DNA of 64,000 nt. Origin: a virus. Its lineage: Duplodnaviria; Heunggongvirae; Uroviricota; Caudoviricetes. A program made the translations under genes and the position numbers. The notes below the pieces were generated by a model that ran no database searches, was not told the origin of the DNA, and saw only the letters and a list, made by a program, of their open reading frames with translations. Numbering within the stretch: position 1 is the stretch's first letter; each line of letters begins with the position of its first letter. The DNA lies in IMG/VR virus record IMGVR_UViG_3300013307_000015; one strand, given 5' to 3'. This document shows positions 37,962-47,916 of this stretch, in pieces.

Positions 37962-39536
37962 TCAATCAACTGCTACGGGTGCCGTCGCCTTATCCGTAAT
38001 TACTCGGATGTTGGAGTACATTCCTGCCCAAATGCCAACTGCCCCATCAATCTCGATGACAGTTGCGTGACGAAATGCGAGTTCGCTTTCGAGCCACGTA
38101 ATGAGGCTGACCTTCGGGTTGAACTTCTCCAGACGCCGTAGTCCATTACGATCCAGCAAGTCAATGCCAAGCGTCAACTTCAATGTCGCTTGACCGAGTT
38201 CCCCCGTAGCAGCGTCTGACAGGTAATTTGCCATGACGTCCAGTGCTGCGAACCCGACGGTGTATTGTTCCTTGAGAACACGTTGAAGCGTGCTTTCTTT
38301 TTTAACCGTTTTGACAACTGTCTCATAAAGAATAGGCGTCAAATCCGTCACGACCAGATTACTTGCACGTTCCTTGCCAGCGACGACGGCTTTTTCGCCA
38401 TCCAGGAACAGGTCGAGTTTTTCAGCCAGAAAACCGATGTTCTCGACAGCACGGTATGCAAGCTTCGCCGGACGGAATTGTGCGGTGAGCGGCTCGTCAT
38501 CTGCACCAACGAGATCGTACCGGTACTTGTCCCCCCGGTACATCGCGAGATGTCCGTAAGCGGACAACTCTTTGTGTACATCTGCCTTGAAGACGTTACC
38601 TACGACCATCTTCATCAGGTTGTCGGTGTTGTCGGCCATGTCGGCTTGGTAAGCCAAAATCGACTCGATCACCGGGTCGGGTTCCTGTAGCCGGATCACG
38701 GCGTAGGACCCATCCGCCGAACGCATGCCGTGTTCGTCGTCTTCTTTTCCGTGGTTGCCGAGGTAGTATTCACCCGGCGTGAGATGCGTGCGACGCGTGT
38801 TGAAGTAGAGGTTCTGGTGCGAGATGAACGGATGCTTGTCCGCATTGTAGCCCCAGTAGCCGTCTGCTTCGCTCGTGTTAATCTCGGCTTTGACTTGCTT
38901 GGCCAGCGAATGGATCGTACCGATCATGGCCAGCCGGTCTGCCTTCATGTTGCCGAGGATATCCGAGTGAGCTTTCACCCAGTCGAAATCGACCGTGATG
39001 TTCTTGGCCCGCAGACCTTCTGCCAACTCGAACAGCCGACGCCAGTTGTCGACGTTGGTGATCGGCGAGCCGTCGCTGCGTCGCCAACCGTACTTCTTCC
39101 ACGAGTACACCCAGTTCGTCATGCCTTTGCGGACATACTCGCTGTCGGTGTAGATGCGCACCATCGAAACTGCATACTTCTCTGCGTGCAGCAAACCGTA
39201 GTAAGCTGCATCGATTTCTGCGACGTTGTTCGTCACCGTACGGCCAGCGGCCATGTCGATGTTGTAGCTGCCAAAACCATCGACGTAGTGCAACGGTGTC
39301 ACCGGCTTGATCTTGCCTTCTTTGACGTGCTCGTCAGTCTTCAGAAGGTAGCCGTCTTCAGTCAGAATGTGGTCGGGATTACCCGAGCCTTTCTTCGGTT
39401 CGGTGAAGCTAAAGAGATAACCATGCAAGCCCCAACCACCGAAGCCCGGATTGGGAATGCACGAACCATCCGTCCACAGGCACATGCCTTGTTTGACTTC
39501 TTGGTCCGGTTGCTTTTCGGAACTCGTCTTGCTCAT
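37962..39536 (-). CDS. rnhA: Ribonuclease HI with C-terminal extension (phiKZ gp155-like)
   Basis: WTDGSC.PNPG.GGWG, TNNVAE, IYTDSEYV, W...GW, N.D.W, WVKAHS...GN..AD.LA. Confidence 0.9.
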   Translation of the reverse strand: MSKTSSEKQPDQEVKQGMCLWTDGSCIPNPGFGGWGLHGYLFSFTEPKKGSGNPDHILTEDGYLLKTDEHVKEGKIKPVTPLHYVDGFGSYNIDMAAGRTVTNNVAEIDAAYYGLLHAEKYAVSMVRIYTDSEYVRKGMTNWVYSWKKYGWRRSDGSPITNVDNWRRLFELAEGLRAKNITVDFDWVKAHSDILGNMKADRLAMIGTIHSLAKQVKAEINTSEADGYWGYNADKHPFISHQNLYFNTRRTHLTPGEYYLGNHGKEDDEHGMRSADGSYAVIRLQEPDPVIESILAYQADMADNTDNLMKMVVGNVFKADVHKELSAYGHLAMYRGDKYRYDLVGADDEPLTAQFRPAKLAYRAVENIGFLAEKLDLFLDGEKAVVAGKERASNLVVTDLTPILYETVVKTVKKESTLQRVLKEQYTVGFAALDVMANYLSDAATGELGQATLKLTLGIDLLDRNGLRRLEKFNPKVSLITWLESELAFRHATVIEIDGAVGIWAGMYSNIRVITDKATAPVAVD

Positions 39537-39577
39537 GTTTTTGGTCCTGTTTGGGTCGAGTATTCGATCTAAATGAT

Positions 39578-40045
39578 CTACTGACCCAATGAAATCTGAT
39601 GACCAGACAGATAGTCCTGACAATCCTTGAGATACTGTTGGTGACTATCGCGCAGGCGTTTCTTGAGTTCCCCGATGTACATGTACAACGCTTTAATCTG
39701 GTCTTCAGCGACCTGATCGAAAGCATGGGGATCGTTGCTGTTGGTCAGCTTAGCCAATTTGTCGTAAGGCAGGTCTGGCTCGCGAGGCAAGGGTGGTAAC
39801 TTGTAGATGGGACAAACCGCCGTGACCGACGGTTTTTTCCTCTCGTTACCCGAGTCCGGAGTCGTCTCATTGGCCGACTCCGTCTTGATGGCTTCATCCG
39901 ATAAACTGGCGGTTGCCAGTGCTGCACTCGCCCGTTTGGGTTCAGCAGCATCGGTCACTATCATTGTCGTGTGGTTAAACGAATTGCATGATGTCAAACC
40001 AAGAAAGAGCGACACGACCGTCAGGGATTTGCGTGTGGTGATCAT
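39578..40045 (-). CDS. Lipoprotein (o-spanin-like candidate)
   Basis: Lipobox LTS-C, CP.Y.LPPLP.EP.LP, C-terminal helix with Cys. Confidence 0.6.
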   Translation of the reverse strand: MITTRKSLTVVSLFLGLTSCNSFNHTTMIVTDAAEPKRASAALATASLSDEAIKTESANETTPDSGNERKKPSVTAVCPIYKLPPLPREPDLPYDKLAKLTNSNDPHAFDQVAEDQIKALYMYIGELKKRLRDSHQQYLKDCQDYLSGHQISLGQ

Positions 40046-40062
40046 GATGGTTGTCTGAAAAA

Positions 40063-40698
40063 CTAGTGTCGATACGGATCATGCATGAAATCCGGTGACG
40101 AGTAGAAAGCATCTTCACGTCGTTGGTTTTCACGTTGGATTTCCGCTTGCTTGGCACGGATGTCGTCGAGAGTTTTTTTCCACTCCTTATACCGACGAGT
40201 TGCTTCTGGCGAGTTGTTATTCTGATTCGGATGCGGCTTATGAACCGGCTCAGGCTTTTGCCGGTGCGGTGTGCGACGCGGCACCGGCGGAACATCTGCT
40301 GGAGCAGGCTGCTCTTCCATAGGCGTCGGGACAGGCTCGTCAGGCGGAGGCTGAACAGGCGTAACCGTTTGTGTAACTTCCTGTTCAACTTGCGGCTTTT
40401 CTTGCTTCGGCGTTTCTTTTGGAACCGTCGAAGGTTTGACAACGGGATGCGAGGATTGATTAATCCCCTTGTATTTATCCTCCAGTTCCTTGTACTTGCG
40501 GTCAAGGATGACGTAGTCGGCGGAGATCTTCACAAGCTTCGGAAGAGTGAACATGTTCAGAAAGAAAGACAGCAAGATGAGGCCGATCAAGAACACGCGC
40601 ATCTTGTTGGTCTTGAGGGCCTCCTTGATGCTCTTCTCACCGAGAATCATTTCCTTGATGAAAGGAAACAAAAACGTGAGGAGTTTGAAAGCTGACAT
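40063..40698 (-). CDS. Single-pass membrane protein with coiled-coil and Pro-rich region
   Basis: TM VFLIGLILLSFFLNMFTL; Pro-rich linker. Confidence 0.65.
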   Translation of the reverse strand: MSAFKLLTFLFPFIKEMILGEKSIKEALKTNKMRVFLIGLILLSFFLNMFTLPKLVKISADYVILDRKYKELEDKYKGINQSSHPVVKPSTVPKETPKQEKPQVEQEVTQTVTPVQPPPDEPVPTPMEEQPAPADVPPVPRRTPHRQKPEPVHKPHPNQNNNSPEATRRYKEWKKTLDDIRAKQAEIQRENQRREDAFYSSPDFMHDPYRH

Positions 40699-40827
40699 AA
40701 GGCGGTCCTTTAGTTCATTTTATAGCTTCAAGTTACCATGGCTGGTAACGAAATGCAAGAATGCTCTTCTTTTTCATTATTTCTCGCTCGATTTTCGCGG
40801 GAACAGCTGCTGCACTAGGAGAAATCC

Positions 40828-42159
40828 ATGTATGTGTTAAAAGGATTCGCCGCTAACGCCCTGTACTGGAATAACACTCCGGGTCAGGTCGAAGCGATCG
40901 GCGAGCTGACGACTCAGTCGTTGACGTACTCGACCGAAAAAGGTGTCTATCAAAACGACTCGATTTCACCTGACATTCAGCTGATCTCGTTCACCAGCGC
41001 AACGGATGGTACCGCCCAGTCCGTGCCGAACGATCTGCGCGATCGTGTCATTACCATTTGCAAATGGGTGTATGACCAGATCAACAAGGGTGTACAACTG
41101 TATTCGGATGAGCTGCTCAACGAAGCACTGACGCAGTTCCAGACGACGGCAGGTACGTTCGCCTGTGGCAACATCATCAGCGACGGCAATGGTCGCTGGG
41201 CACCGGAGTGGTTCAGCTGGGTGGATAACGCACTCACGCAAGCCGGTACGCAGAACTCGATCAAGTTCTGGTTCGTGGACGCCGCGTTCCAATCGGAATA
41301 CGACGCCTTCTCGTTCAAGGTCGCACCGCCGCTCACGCCGCTGGATAACTTTTTCCAGACCGGGCAGCAGGTGGATACGGCGATCAATGCACGCACGCAG
41401 CCGCAGCTGTTCGATCAGATCACCGCTGTACGTGGCAACGATCCGGAAACCATCCAGGTCGCGCTGTCGTACAACTACATCGACCCGAACAACCCGGCAC
41501 ACATCGTGCCGACGTTGTGGGTGGTGCTGATCTACGGCGCAGCCGGCAACACGATCGACTCGATCAACGATGCGCTCGTGAATTACATCCTGGCCAATTC
41601 GACGCACAGTCGCGACGACTGGGTCAAGATTCTGCCGGATCTTTTTCGTCGGACGGAGTTCGTCCTGATTCCGCTCTGGGATCAGCTGGCAATCCCAGAT
41701 AACGCGTTGAAGCCCGGCCTCTATGCGACGATCACCAACCTGCAACGCGTCAATGCGCTGTTCAAGGCGAAGATCACGTCGTATCCCTCGGCTCATATCG
41801 ATAGTCATTTGACTTTGATGGCGCATCCGTACAAGAATTTGCAGATCGCCAGCGTCGGGTCGACGGACAATCGCAACAACTGGTACGAGCTGAATCAGGT
41901 GTTTTCTGACCTGTTGGCAGTCGGTTCGACTTCGTCGGATTTCGGCCGCATGAGTCAGGATACGCAAGGCTTCCTGCTCAAGCTCGAACAGATGCTGGTG
42001 ACGGCTGAGACGATGGGTCCTTTCACGGATATTCCGCGTGGCTTCACGCGTCTGATTCGTGACGGGATGTTGTACATCGTCATGAACTACGAGAACGTGA
42101 ACTATCTCGTAGCGGCCAAACAGGATCTGACGCAGGTCATTCCGCCGCTGGGAGGCTGA
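40828..42159 (+). CDS. Virion structural protein (gp162-like)
   Basis: MY.LKGF, IGEL...S.TYS, IYG.AGN..D, W....PDLF..TEF...P.W; SD AGGAG. Confidence 0.75.
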   Translation: MYVLKGFAANALYWNNTPGQVEAIGELTTQSLTYSTEKGVYQNDSISPDIQLISFTSATDGTAQSVPNDLRDRVITICKWVYDQINKGVQLYSDELLNEALTQFQTTAGTFACGNIISDGNGRWAPEWFSWVDNALTQAGTQNSIKFWFVDAAFQSEYDAFSFKVAPPLTPLDNFFQTGQQVDTAINARTQPQLFDQITAVRGNDPETIQVALSYNYIDPNNPAHIVPTLWVVLIYGAAGNTIDSINDALVNYILANSTHSRDDWVKILPDLFRRTEFVLIPLWDQLAIPDNALKPGLYATITNLQRVNALFKAKITSYPSAHIDSHLTLMAHPYKNLQIASVGSTDNRNNWYELNQVFSDLLAVGSTSSDFGRMSQDTQGFLLKLEQMLVTAETMGPFTDIPRGFTRLIRDGMLYIVMNYENVNYLVAAKQDLTQVIPPLGG

Positions 42160-42162
42160 TAA

Positions 42163-42810
42163 ATGGCTGACATGCTCCCAATGCTGGGAGCCAAAGGCAT
42201 TTACAAGCTGAAGGCTCCCTTTGACAAGGATCTGCTTGTTGACGTGATGTACACGTGTATTGCCATCCGGCAGTTGCGTGCCATTACCGCAGAAGGCGGC
42301 GATCCCTTTACGGACTACTACGCCACTCCGCATTCGATCGATAGTTCGGTCTACAAGACGGACTTAGCCAACGGTGTATCGATCATTTCGTTGCAGGCCG
42401 AAGACAATTCAATCGTTGACGTCCCTTCGAGCTATTTGGCGGCGTATCCGGATGCAGGTGGTGTACCGTATCGGGTGATGTTGCTGTCGATCAACTTGGG
42501 GGCCGTTCCGGATGCATTGGATCTGTCCCCGATCATCCAGAAGATCACCGACGACGTGAAGGACATCGTTGGGGTGGAGTCGACGGTGCGGGCAGTCGCT
42601 GTGTCAAACACGACGCTGCTCGATACGGCTACGGCTCAGAACGCAGAAGCAGCACGGCAAGCCAACATCACCAACAGCACGACGGACTTTTCGAAGTTGC
42701 AGCAGATGACGGCGCAGCGTGATGCGGCGTTGCAGAAGGTACAGGAGTTGCAGAACTACATCTTGCAACAGCAAGGTGCGCAACCGGTTCCTCAGCCGGG
42801 ACCGATTTAA
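42163..42810 (+). CDS. Virion structural protein (gp163-like)
   Basis: GIYKLKAPF, VPSSY..YP..GGVPY, C-terminal coiled coil. Confidence 0.7.
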   Translation: MADMLPMLGAKGIYKLKAPFDKDLLVDVMYTCIAIRQLRAITAEGGDPFTDYYATPHSIDSSVYKTDLANGVSIISLQAEDNSIVDVPSSYLAAYPDAGGVPYRVMLLSINLGAVPDALDLSPIIQKITDDVKDIVGVESTVRAVAVSNTTLLDTATAQNAEAARQANITNSTTDFSKLQQMTAQRDAALQKVQELQNYILQQQGAQPVPQPGPI

Positions 42811-42815
42811 GCGAC

Positions 42816-42853
42816 GGCATAGACGGGGGCCCTTACGGGTCCCCCAATATGCC
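42816..42853. terminator. Bidirectional GGCATA-hairpin-TATGCC element
   Basis: GGCATAGAC-GGGGGCCC-TTAC-GGGTCCCCC-AATATGCC. Confidence 0.8.
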
Positions 42854-42854
42854 C

Positions 42855-43847
42855 TTAGTTGTACTGAAGGTTCGGAGCGTGAATTGCTTGCGATGCGTCG
42901 ATGGTTACAGCCGACACATGGCCCTTCACGTCCATGTTACCCAAGAGTTCGGTGTCACCCGCAATCTGGATCTTACCCGAACCCGGACTGCCCACACCAC
43001 CGGCACCCGCAGCAGTCACCATGTCACCTGCCAGTCCAAACGCGCCCAGTTCGTTGAAGTTGCCGTTGTGATTCGTAGTCGGACTTTGAATGTCCCAACC
43101 ATCGCCAAAGACAAACTTCCCTTTCTTAGCTTGTACCGTCCACGTCTCAGGTACGTTGATAAAGGCGTTCTTCTTGTTGATCTGGAACATCGTGCCTTCA
43201 GCATTTTGCATCTGCAAGATGAGGTTCTTGGTATCGAGCAAGAAGAAGTTGCCAACATCGTCTTGGAATTGAAGAATCCCTTGTCCGGTGTTGATCTGGA
43301 TGTCGTAGCTGGCGACTTCCCCATTGGCCTTCGACGTATGGAAATGGACCAGTTTGTCGTGGGTGGAGATTTCGAAGAAATACGACGTATCGGTATTGGC
43401 ACTACCTGCGTTGTCGGTGTTACCAGACGCACCCTGACTGGCAGAACCGCTCCAAGCGTAGATGACTGTCTCCAGCTTGCGCAGGTTCAAGTCATCCATC
43501 ATCGTGACCCAGTAGTACTTGTCCGAGTCGCCCATCCGGTAAAGCATCACGCGCTCGCCAGCCCGTACGTCAGGTGCCGTCATGCGGTTGCTACCCATCG
43601 GCATCCATTCAGCCGAGACACTGGCGGTTTGCTTGATCGACTCCGAGTAGCTCTGCCCCTGAGCGTCCACGCCTTGGGCTTCGTATTGCGTGACGTTGCT
43701 GGAGATCGTCCCGGAAAGACCCGGAAAGGATTCCACCGGAGTGACTTCCACAATCTTGGAACTACGCGCCTTGTCTGCGGCCACAATACCGAAGGAATAG
43801 ATCCGCAGGCGCGAGATCTCCGGCTCATTCGTTGGTAAGTTCTGCAT
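42855..43847 (-). CDS. Baseplate central spike/needle protein (gp164/gpV-like)
   Basis: YS.GIVA, W.P..SNR.TAPDVR.GE.V..Y OB-fold then beta-helix-like repeats. Confidence 0.75.
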   Translation of the reverse strand: MQNLPTNEPEISRLRIYSFGIVAADKARSSKIVEVTPVESFPGLSGTISSNVTQYEAQGVDAQGQSYSESIKQTASVSAEWMPMGSNRMTAPDVRAGERVMLYRMGDSDKYYWVTMMDDLNLRKLETVIYAWSGSASQGASGNTDNAGSANTDTSYFFEISTHDKLVHFHTSKANGEVASYDIQINTGQGILQFQDDVGNFFLLDTKNLILQMQNAEGTMFQINKKNAFINVPETWTVQAKKGKFVFGDGWDIQSPTTNHNGNFNELGAFGLAGDMVTAAGAGGVGSPGSGKIQIAGDTELLGNMDVKGHVSAVTIDASQAIHAPNLQYN

Positions 43848-43917
43848 TATAAAAACCTTTCCAATCAAAAATCAGTGTCAGGCGACATCGTCTGAGAAAC
43901 CACCAATTAACAACACC

Positions 43918-46455
43918 ATGAGAATCATCGACATCGAATTGGCGGGGTACAAACGACTGGTGTTTAACACCGTTGCCGTTTTCAAGATGAGTTTCACCCA
44001 AGTCATTCAGATGGTCTTGGGGACAAATGGGACTGGGAAGAGTTCCTTGCTCTCGGAACTCACGCCGTTACCGGCCAATGGATCGGACTTTAACAAAGGC
44101 GGATCCAAAATCATAACCATTAGCCACCGGGGAAATCACTACCGGTTGGTGAATCGGTTCGATACTCAAAAGGGTTGGCACAGCTTCGAGAAGAACGGTG
44201 AAGAGCTGAATCTCTCGCACTTGCAAACCACGCAGTACGAACTGTGTCAGCAAGAATTCGGCTATAACGACAACATCCGGCGGCTGTTGCAAGGCAAGAT
44301 CAAGTTCTCGCAGATGTTGCCGAAAGCACGTCGCGAATGGCTAACTTTGCTTTCGGATGTGGATTTCGATTATGCCATCCAAATCTACGACAAGCTGCGC
44401 CGGGAGTTAAGTGCAGCGTCGGGCTTTCTGAAAGTGCAGCGGGGTCGACTGGTGGTCGAGCAGCAAAAGATCATCACGACCGAAGAGCAGACGCGCCTCA
44501 GGAACGAAGTTACTGCCCTGCACACGGAGTTGTCAAAACTCTTGGCAGTGCGCAAACCGATTGAGCACAATCTGGGCGAGTTAAAACACCGCCAGGAGAC
44601 GATGCTTATCAATCTGGAGCAGATGTCCGACCAGCTGCTCCGAACCCGTTACATGGCTCCTTTGACGGCCTATGGGGCAGAAGAACTGCATCGCAACGAG
44701 TGGGGTGAATTAGAGGCACCGCATTTCACTTCCATCGAGCAGGTGGACAACTATATCCGGATTCTGCGTGAGAATCTGGCAGCCAAGCAAGCACTGCTCA
44801 ATCAGTCCGTTAAGGAACACAGTCAGATTCAGGAAACGCTCAAAGTCCTGAAGCAGACCGGTGGTGTCGAGATGAAGTCGCTCTCGGAGAAACTGAACGA
44901 GCTAATCGATAGCAAACAGCTCACGCTCACCAAGCGAAAGCTGGGCTTGGCGTTTGACGATCCGATTCAAGCGTCGATTGCATTGGAAGCTTGTCGGGAG
45001 TTACTCAACGAAGTCTTTTCCCAGATTCCGGAAAATGAAGATAAACGTTTTAGCCAAGCGGTGCGTGAGAAATACCTTGGCGATCGTAAACGACTCCAAG
45101 AAACGCTCCACACCTACAAGCGTACGCTTGACCAACTTGATGCTCAGAAAACACATCAAGAACACCATCTCGCAAATGGGCAAGTCGAGTGTCCGAAGTG
45201 CTTTACTCGCTTCGCTCCTGGTGCCTCCGAGCGAAAGCTTGAAGAACTCACCACCCGTATTAAGGCGGGAAATGGAAAGCTACAGGAAGTCACTGAGCAG
45301 CTTTCTGACGTCGACAGTAAGCTTGAAGGAATCGACTCCTACGGTGCGCTATATCGGCAGTACGCTGGGATGGTCCGAGGCTATCCAGCGTTGCGAGCTT
45401 TCTGGGATTACCTCGATCAGGAAGAAATTCCAAGAACATCTCCTCGGATGATTCCGGCGCTTGTCATGCAGTTGAACAACGACTTGCAGTTGGAACTGGA
45501 AGCGGATCGCATCCAGCAAGAGATCGAGAAGACCAAGCAGCTGATGCACCAAGCGACGTTGGTTGGTAATGCAACACTGGCTGAGACGCAAGCCAAAGCC
45601 AGTGAAATCGAAGCGCACGTTGAAGGGATGACCGCATTCATTCAGCAGTTGCAAGTGCGCATCGAAGAGCATTCCCGCTACCGTAAAGAGTTGGCCGATG
45701 CGTATCAACTGGGTGAGAAGATCGTCAAGCTCAAAGATGATGCCTCCAAACTGACGGAGACCATCATCGAGACCATGTGGATGGAGACGATCCACCACTG
45801 CGTCAATCAGTTGCAATCGCAATTGCTGCGTAAAGAGGAAACGCTTAACGAAGTGAAAGAACAGCTTCGTCGCGTGAAGGACCTCGAAGACCAGATCACG
45901 ATTGAAGAGCGTCGTGAGAAGGCGTTGCAGATTGCAGTCGATACGCTCTCGCCGAAAGACGGCCTTATCGCGGAAGGTCTCTTGGGTTTCATTCGCACGT
46001 ATGTACGGCAGATGAACGGCATCATCAAGAAGATCTGGTCATATCCGCTGGTGGTGAAAGAGTGCGGGATTGCTGATGGCAACGGCGTGGAACTCGATTA
46101 CAAGTTCCCGATGCTGGTAGCGGATACGCTGCCTGTGTCAGATGTATCAGACGGGTCTTCGGGTATTGTGGACGTAGTCGACCTTGCGTTCATGGTCATC
46201 GCGATGAAGTACTTGGGGTTGGCTGAATCGCCTCTGTTCGCTGACGAATTCACCAAGTCGTTTGACAACGAGCACAAGAAAACGGCCATGGTGATGATCA
46301 AGACGCTGATGGAGACCACGTCTTTGACGCAGCTTTTCATGATCAGCCACGACTACCAGCATTACTCGTCGTTTGCCAACGTGGAAGTCTGTGTGCTTGA
46401 TCCGAAAAATATCGTGGTGCCCGATACCTATAACGAACACGTCATGATGGAGTAA
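43918..46455 (+). CDS. sbcC: SbcC/Rad50-like SMC ATPase (gp165-like)
   Basis: Walker A GTNGTGKSS, zinc hook CPKC, signature SSG, Walker B LFADE, H-loop MISH. Confidence 0.9.
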   Translation: MRIIDIELAGYKRLVFNTVAVFKMSFTQVIQMVLGTNGTGKSSLLSELTPLPANGSDFNKGGSKIITISHRGNHYRLVNRFDTQKGWHSFEKNGEELNLSHLQTTQYELCQQEFGYNDNIRRLLQGKIKFSQMLPKARREWLTLLSDVDFDYAIQIYDKLRRELSAASGFLKVQRGRLVVEQQKIITTEEQTRLRNEVTALHTELSKLLAVRKPIEHNLGELKHRQETMLINLEQMSDQLLRTRYMAPLTAYGAEELHRNEWGELEAPHFTSIEQVDNYIRILRENLAAKQALLNQSVKEHSQIQETLKVLKQTGGVEMKSLSEKLNELIDSKQLTLTKRKLGLAFDDPIQASIALEACRELLNEVFSQIPENEDKRFSQAVREKYLGDRKRLQETLHTYKRTLDQLDAQKTHQEHHLANGQVECPKCFTRFAPGASERKLEELTTRIKAGNGKLQEVTEQLSDVDSKLEGIDSYGALYRQYAGMVRGYPALRAFWDYLDQEEIPRTSPRMIPALVMQLNNDLQLELEADRIQQEIEKTKQLMHQATLVGNATLAETQAKASEIEAHVEGMTAFIQQLQVRIEEHSRYRKELADAYQLGEKIVKLKDDASKLTETIIETMWMETIHHCVNQLQSQLLRKEETLNEVKEQLRRVKDLEDQITIEERREKALQIAVDTLSPKDGLIAEGLLGFIRTYVRQMNGIIKKIWSYPLVVKECGIADGNGVELDYKFPMLVADTLPVSDVSDGSSGIVDVVDLAFMVIAMKYLGLAESPLFADEFTKSFDNEHKKTAMVMIKTLMETTSLTQLFMISHDYQHYSSFANVEVCVLDPKNIVVPDTYNEHVMME

Positions 46456-46457
46456 GT

Positions 46458-46853
46458 ATGCAACGCCTTTTCATTACGGCGAAATGTCACCGCGCGAAAG
46501 TCACGGGTGCCAATCTTGACTATACCGGCTCGATTGCCGTGTCGGAAGAGATCATGGATGCGATGGGATTGGCACCCTTCGAGTTCGTTCACGTGAACAA
46601 CTGCGCCAATGGCGCACACTGGGAAACGTACGTCATTCCCGGATTACCGGGCGAGATCACACTGCATGGGCCTCCGGCGCACCACTTCAAGGCGGGTGAT
46701 CTCGTGGTCATCAATCGTCTTGTTTCGGTTGAATTATCCGAGATCGCGAAGGTCGAGCACGTCTGTGTTTTTGTCGACGGGGAAAACCACGTCACGCGGG
46801 TCGACAAAAAATCGATGGCAGACATGGCGCTGCGGCGCTGGGAAGAAAGATAG
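46458..46853 (+). CDS. panD: Aspartate 1-decarboxylase-like pyruvoyl enzyme
   Basis: K9, H11-R12, Y22, G24-S25 cleavage site, NG..W/F.TY, G..A...GD.V.I in register with E. coli PanD. Confidence 0.88.
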   Translation: MQRLFITAKCHRAKVTGANLDYTGSIAVSEEIMDAMGLAPFEFVHVNNCANGAHWETYVIPGLPGEITLHGPPAHHFKAGDLVVINRLVSVELSEIAKVEHVCVFVDGENHVTRVDKKSMADMALRRWEER

Positions 46854-46899
46854 ATCGTTGTTTCTGATTAACGCAGTACTTTTACCACAAGGGAATCAA

Positions 46900-47868
46900 A
46901 TGCAAGCACTCGACGCAATGAATCGGCTGAACATCGAACTCACGCACTTGCAGCGTGTCGCTGTCCAGATCATCTCGCTCGTCCAATCGCCGAACATCAA
47001 GCTGCCCTCGCATCTCGATCACGACATCGCCGACCAAGCAAATCGCGCTGCCGGCATGCTGATGTCGATCGCCGACAAGCTGCGCGAAAACATCACCGCG
47101 ATCGCCGCGCAGCAAGTGCAGGTGAGCGCCGATCAACTGCGTGCTGCCACGCAAAACCCGACGGCTCCGATGTCGGCAGGGCGGCAACAGATCGCTGACA
47201 TCGCCACCGATCTGGCGAAGAACCTGCTCGGCCAGAAGATCGGTCCGGACAAGGGGCCCGAATTCATCGAAGGTGTCGAGCGCGTGCAAGCGCAGCGCCA
47301 GCAGCAACGCGCACAAGCGGATTTCGCCAGCGAGATGCCGACCAAGGCAAGCAACCCCGCTGCTGAAACCACCGACGGTCCGACGCTCGCCGCTGGTGCT
47401 CCGGCCGTGCACGATATCCGGGCACGTCAACAGGAAGAACGGCGTCAGGGTCTGATCGAATTGCTCGTCGGCAAGAACGGCCTGCTCTCGCGCTGGTTCT
47501 CCTCGGGGGTGTACGCCGAAGGCACCGGCGTGATCGCACCGCAATACGACGTCAACCTCTATCAGGAAGACATCGGTCAACTGCCGTACGATCGTCTCGT
47601 GAAGTGGCCGGAAGGCTTCTATCGCGAAGCTGCATCGTCGGCCTTCCAGTTCCTGCTGAAGACGGAGCACTTCGTTGCGACTGTTCACTTCAACCGGATG
47701 ACGGACGCCGATGTGCAAGCGCGTGCGAACGCCATCGAGTTCTACTTCCACAACGACGAGTCGAACCCGCGTGTTCGCCGTCCGGCTTCGGTGTTCGACA
47801 CCGGCCTGCTGGAAAACATCATCCGTGATGCGAACCAGCGTCTGACGCAGATCCACAACGGTCAGTAA
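46900..47868 (+). CDS. Hypothetical protein (helical N-terminus)
   Basis: ATG 46900 with SD AAGGGA; strong codon bias. Confidence 0.7.
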   Translation: MQALDAMNRLNIELTHLQRVAVQIISLVQSPNIKLPSHLDHDIADQANRAAGMLMSIADKLRENITAIAAQQVQVSADQLRAATQNPTAPMSAGRQQIADIATDLAKNLLGQKIGPDKGPEFIEGVERVQAQRQQQRAQADFASEMPTKASNPAAETTDGPTLAAGAPAVHDIRARQQEERRQGLIELLVGKNGLLSRWFSSGVYAEGTGVIAPQYDVNLYQEDIGQLPYDRLVKWPEGFYREAASSAFQFLLKTEHFVATVHFNRMTDADVQARANAIEFYFHNDESNPRVRRPASVFDTGLLENIIRDANQRLTQIHNGQ

Positions 47869-47876
47869 TTACTGGC

Positions 47877-47915
47877 GGCATAAAGAGGGGAGGCATTGCG
47901 CCTCCCCTCTATGCC
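47877..47915. terminator. Bidirectional GGCATA-hairpin-TATGCC element
   Basis: GGCATAA-AGAGGGGAGGC-ATTGC-GCCTCCCCTCT-ATGCC. Confidence 0.8.
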
Positions 47916-47916
47916 C

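Noticed and set aside
46609-46899. N-terminal extension of the 46900 ORF overlapping panD
   Set aside because: Overlaps panD in another frame; the SD and codon bias start at 46900
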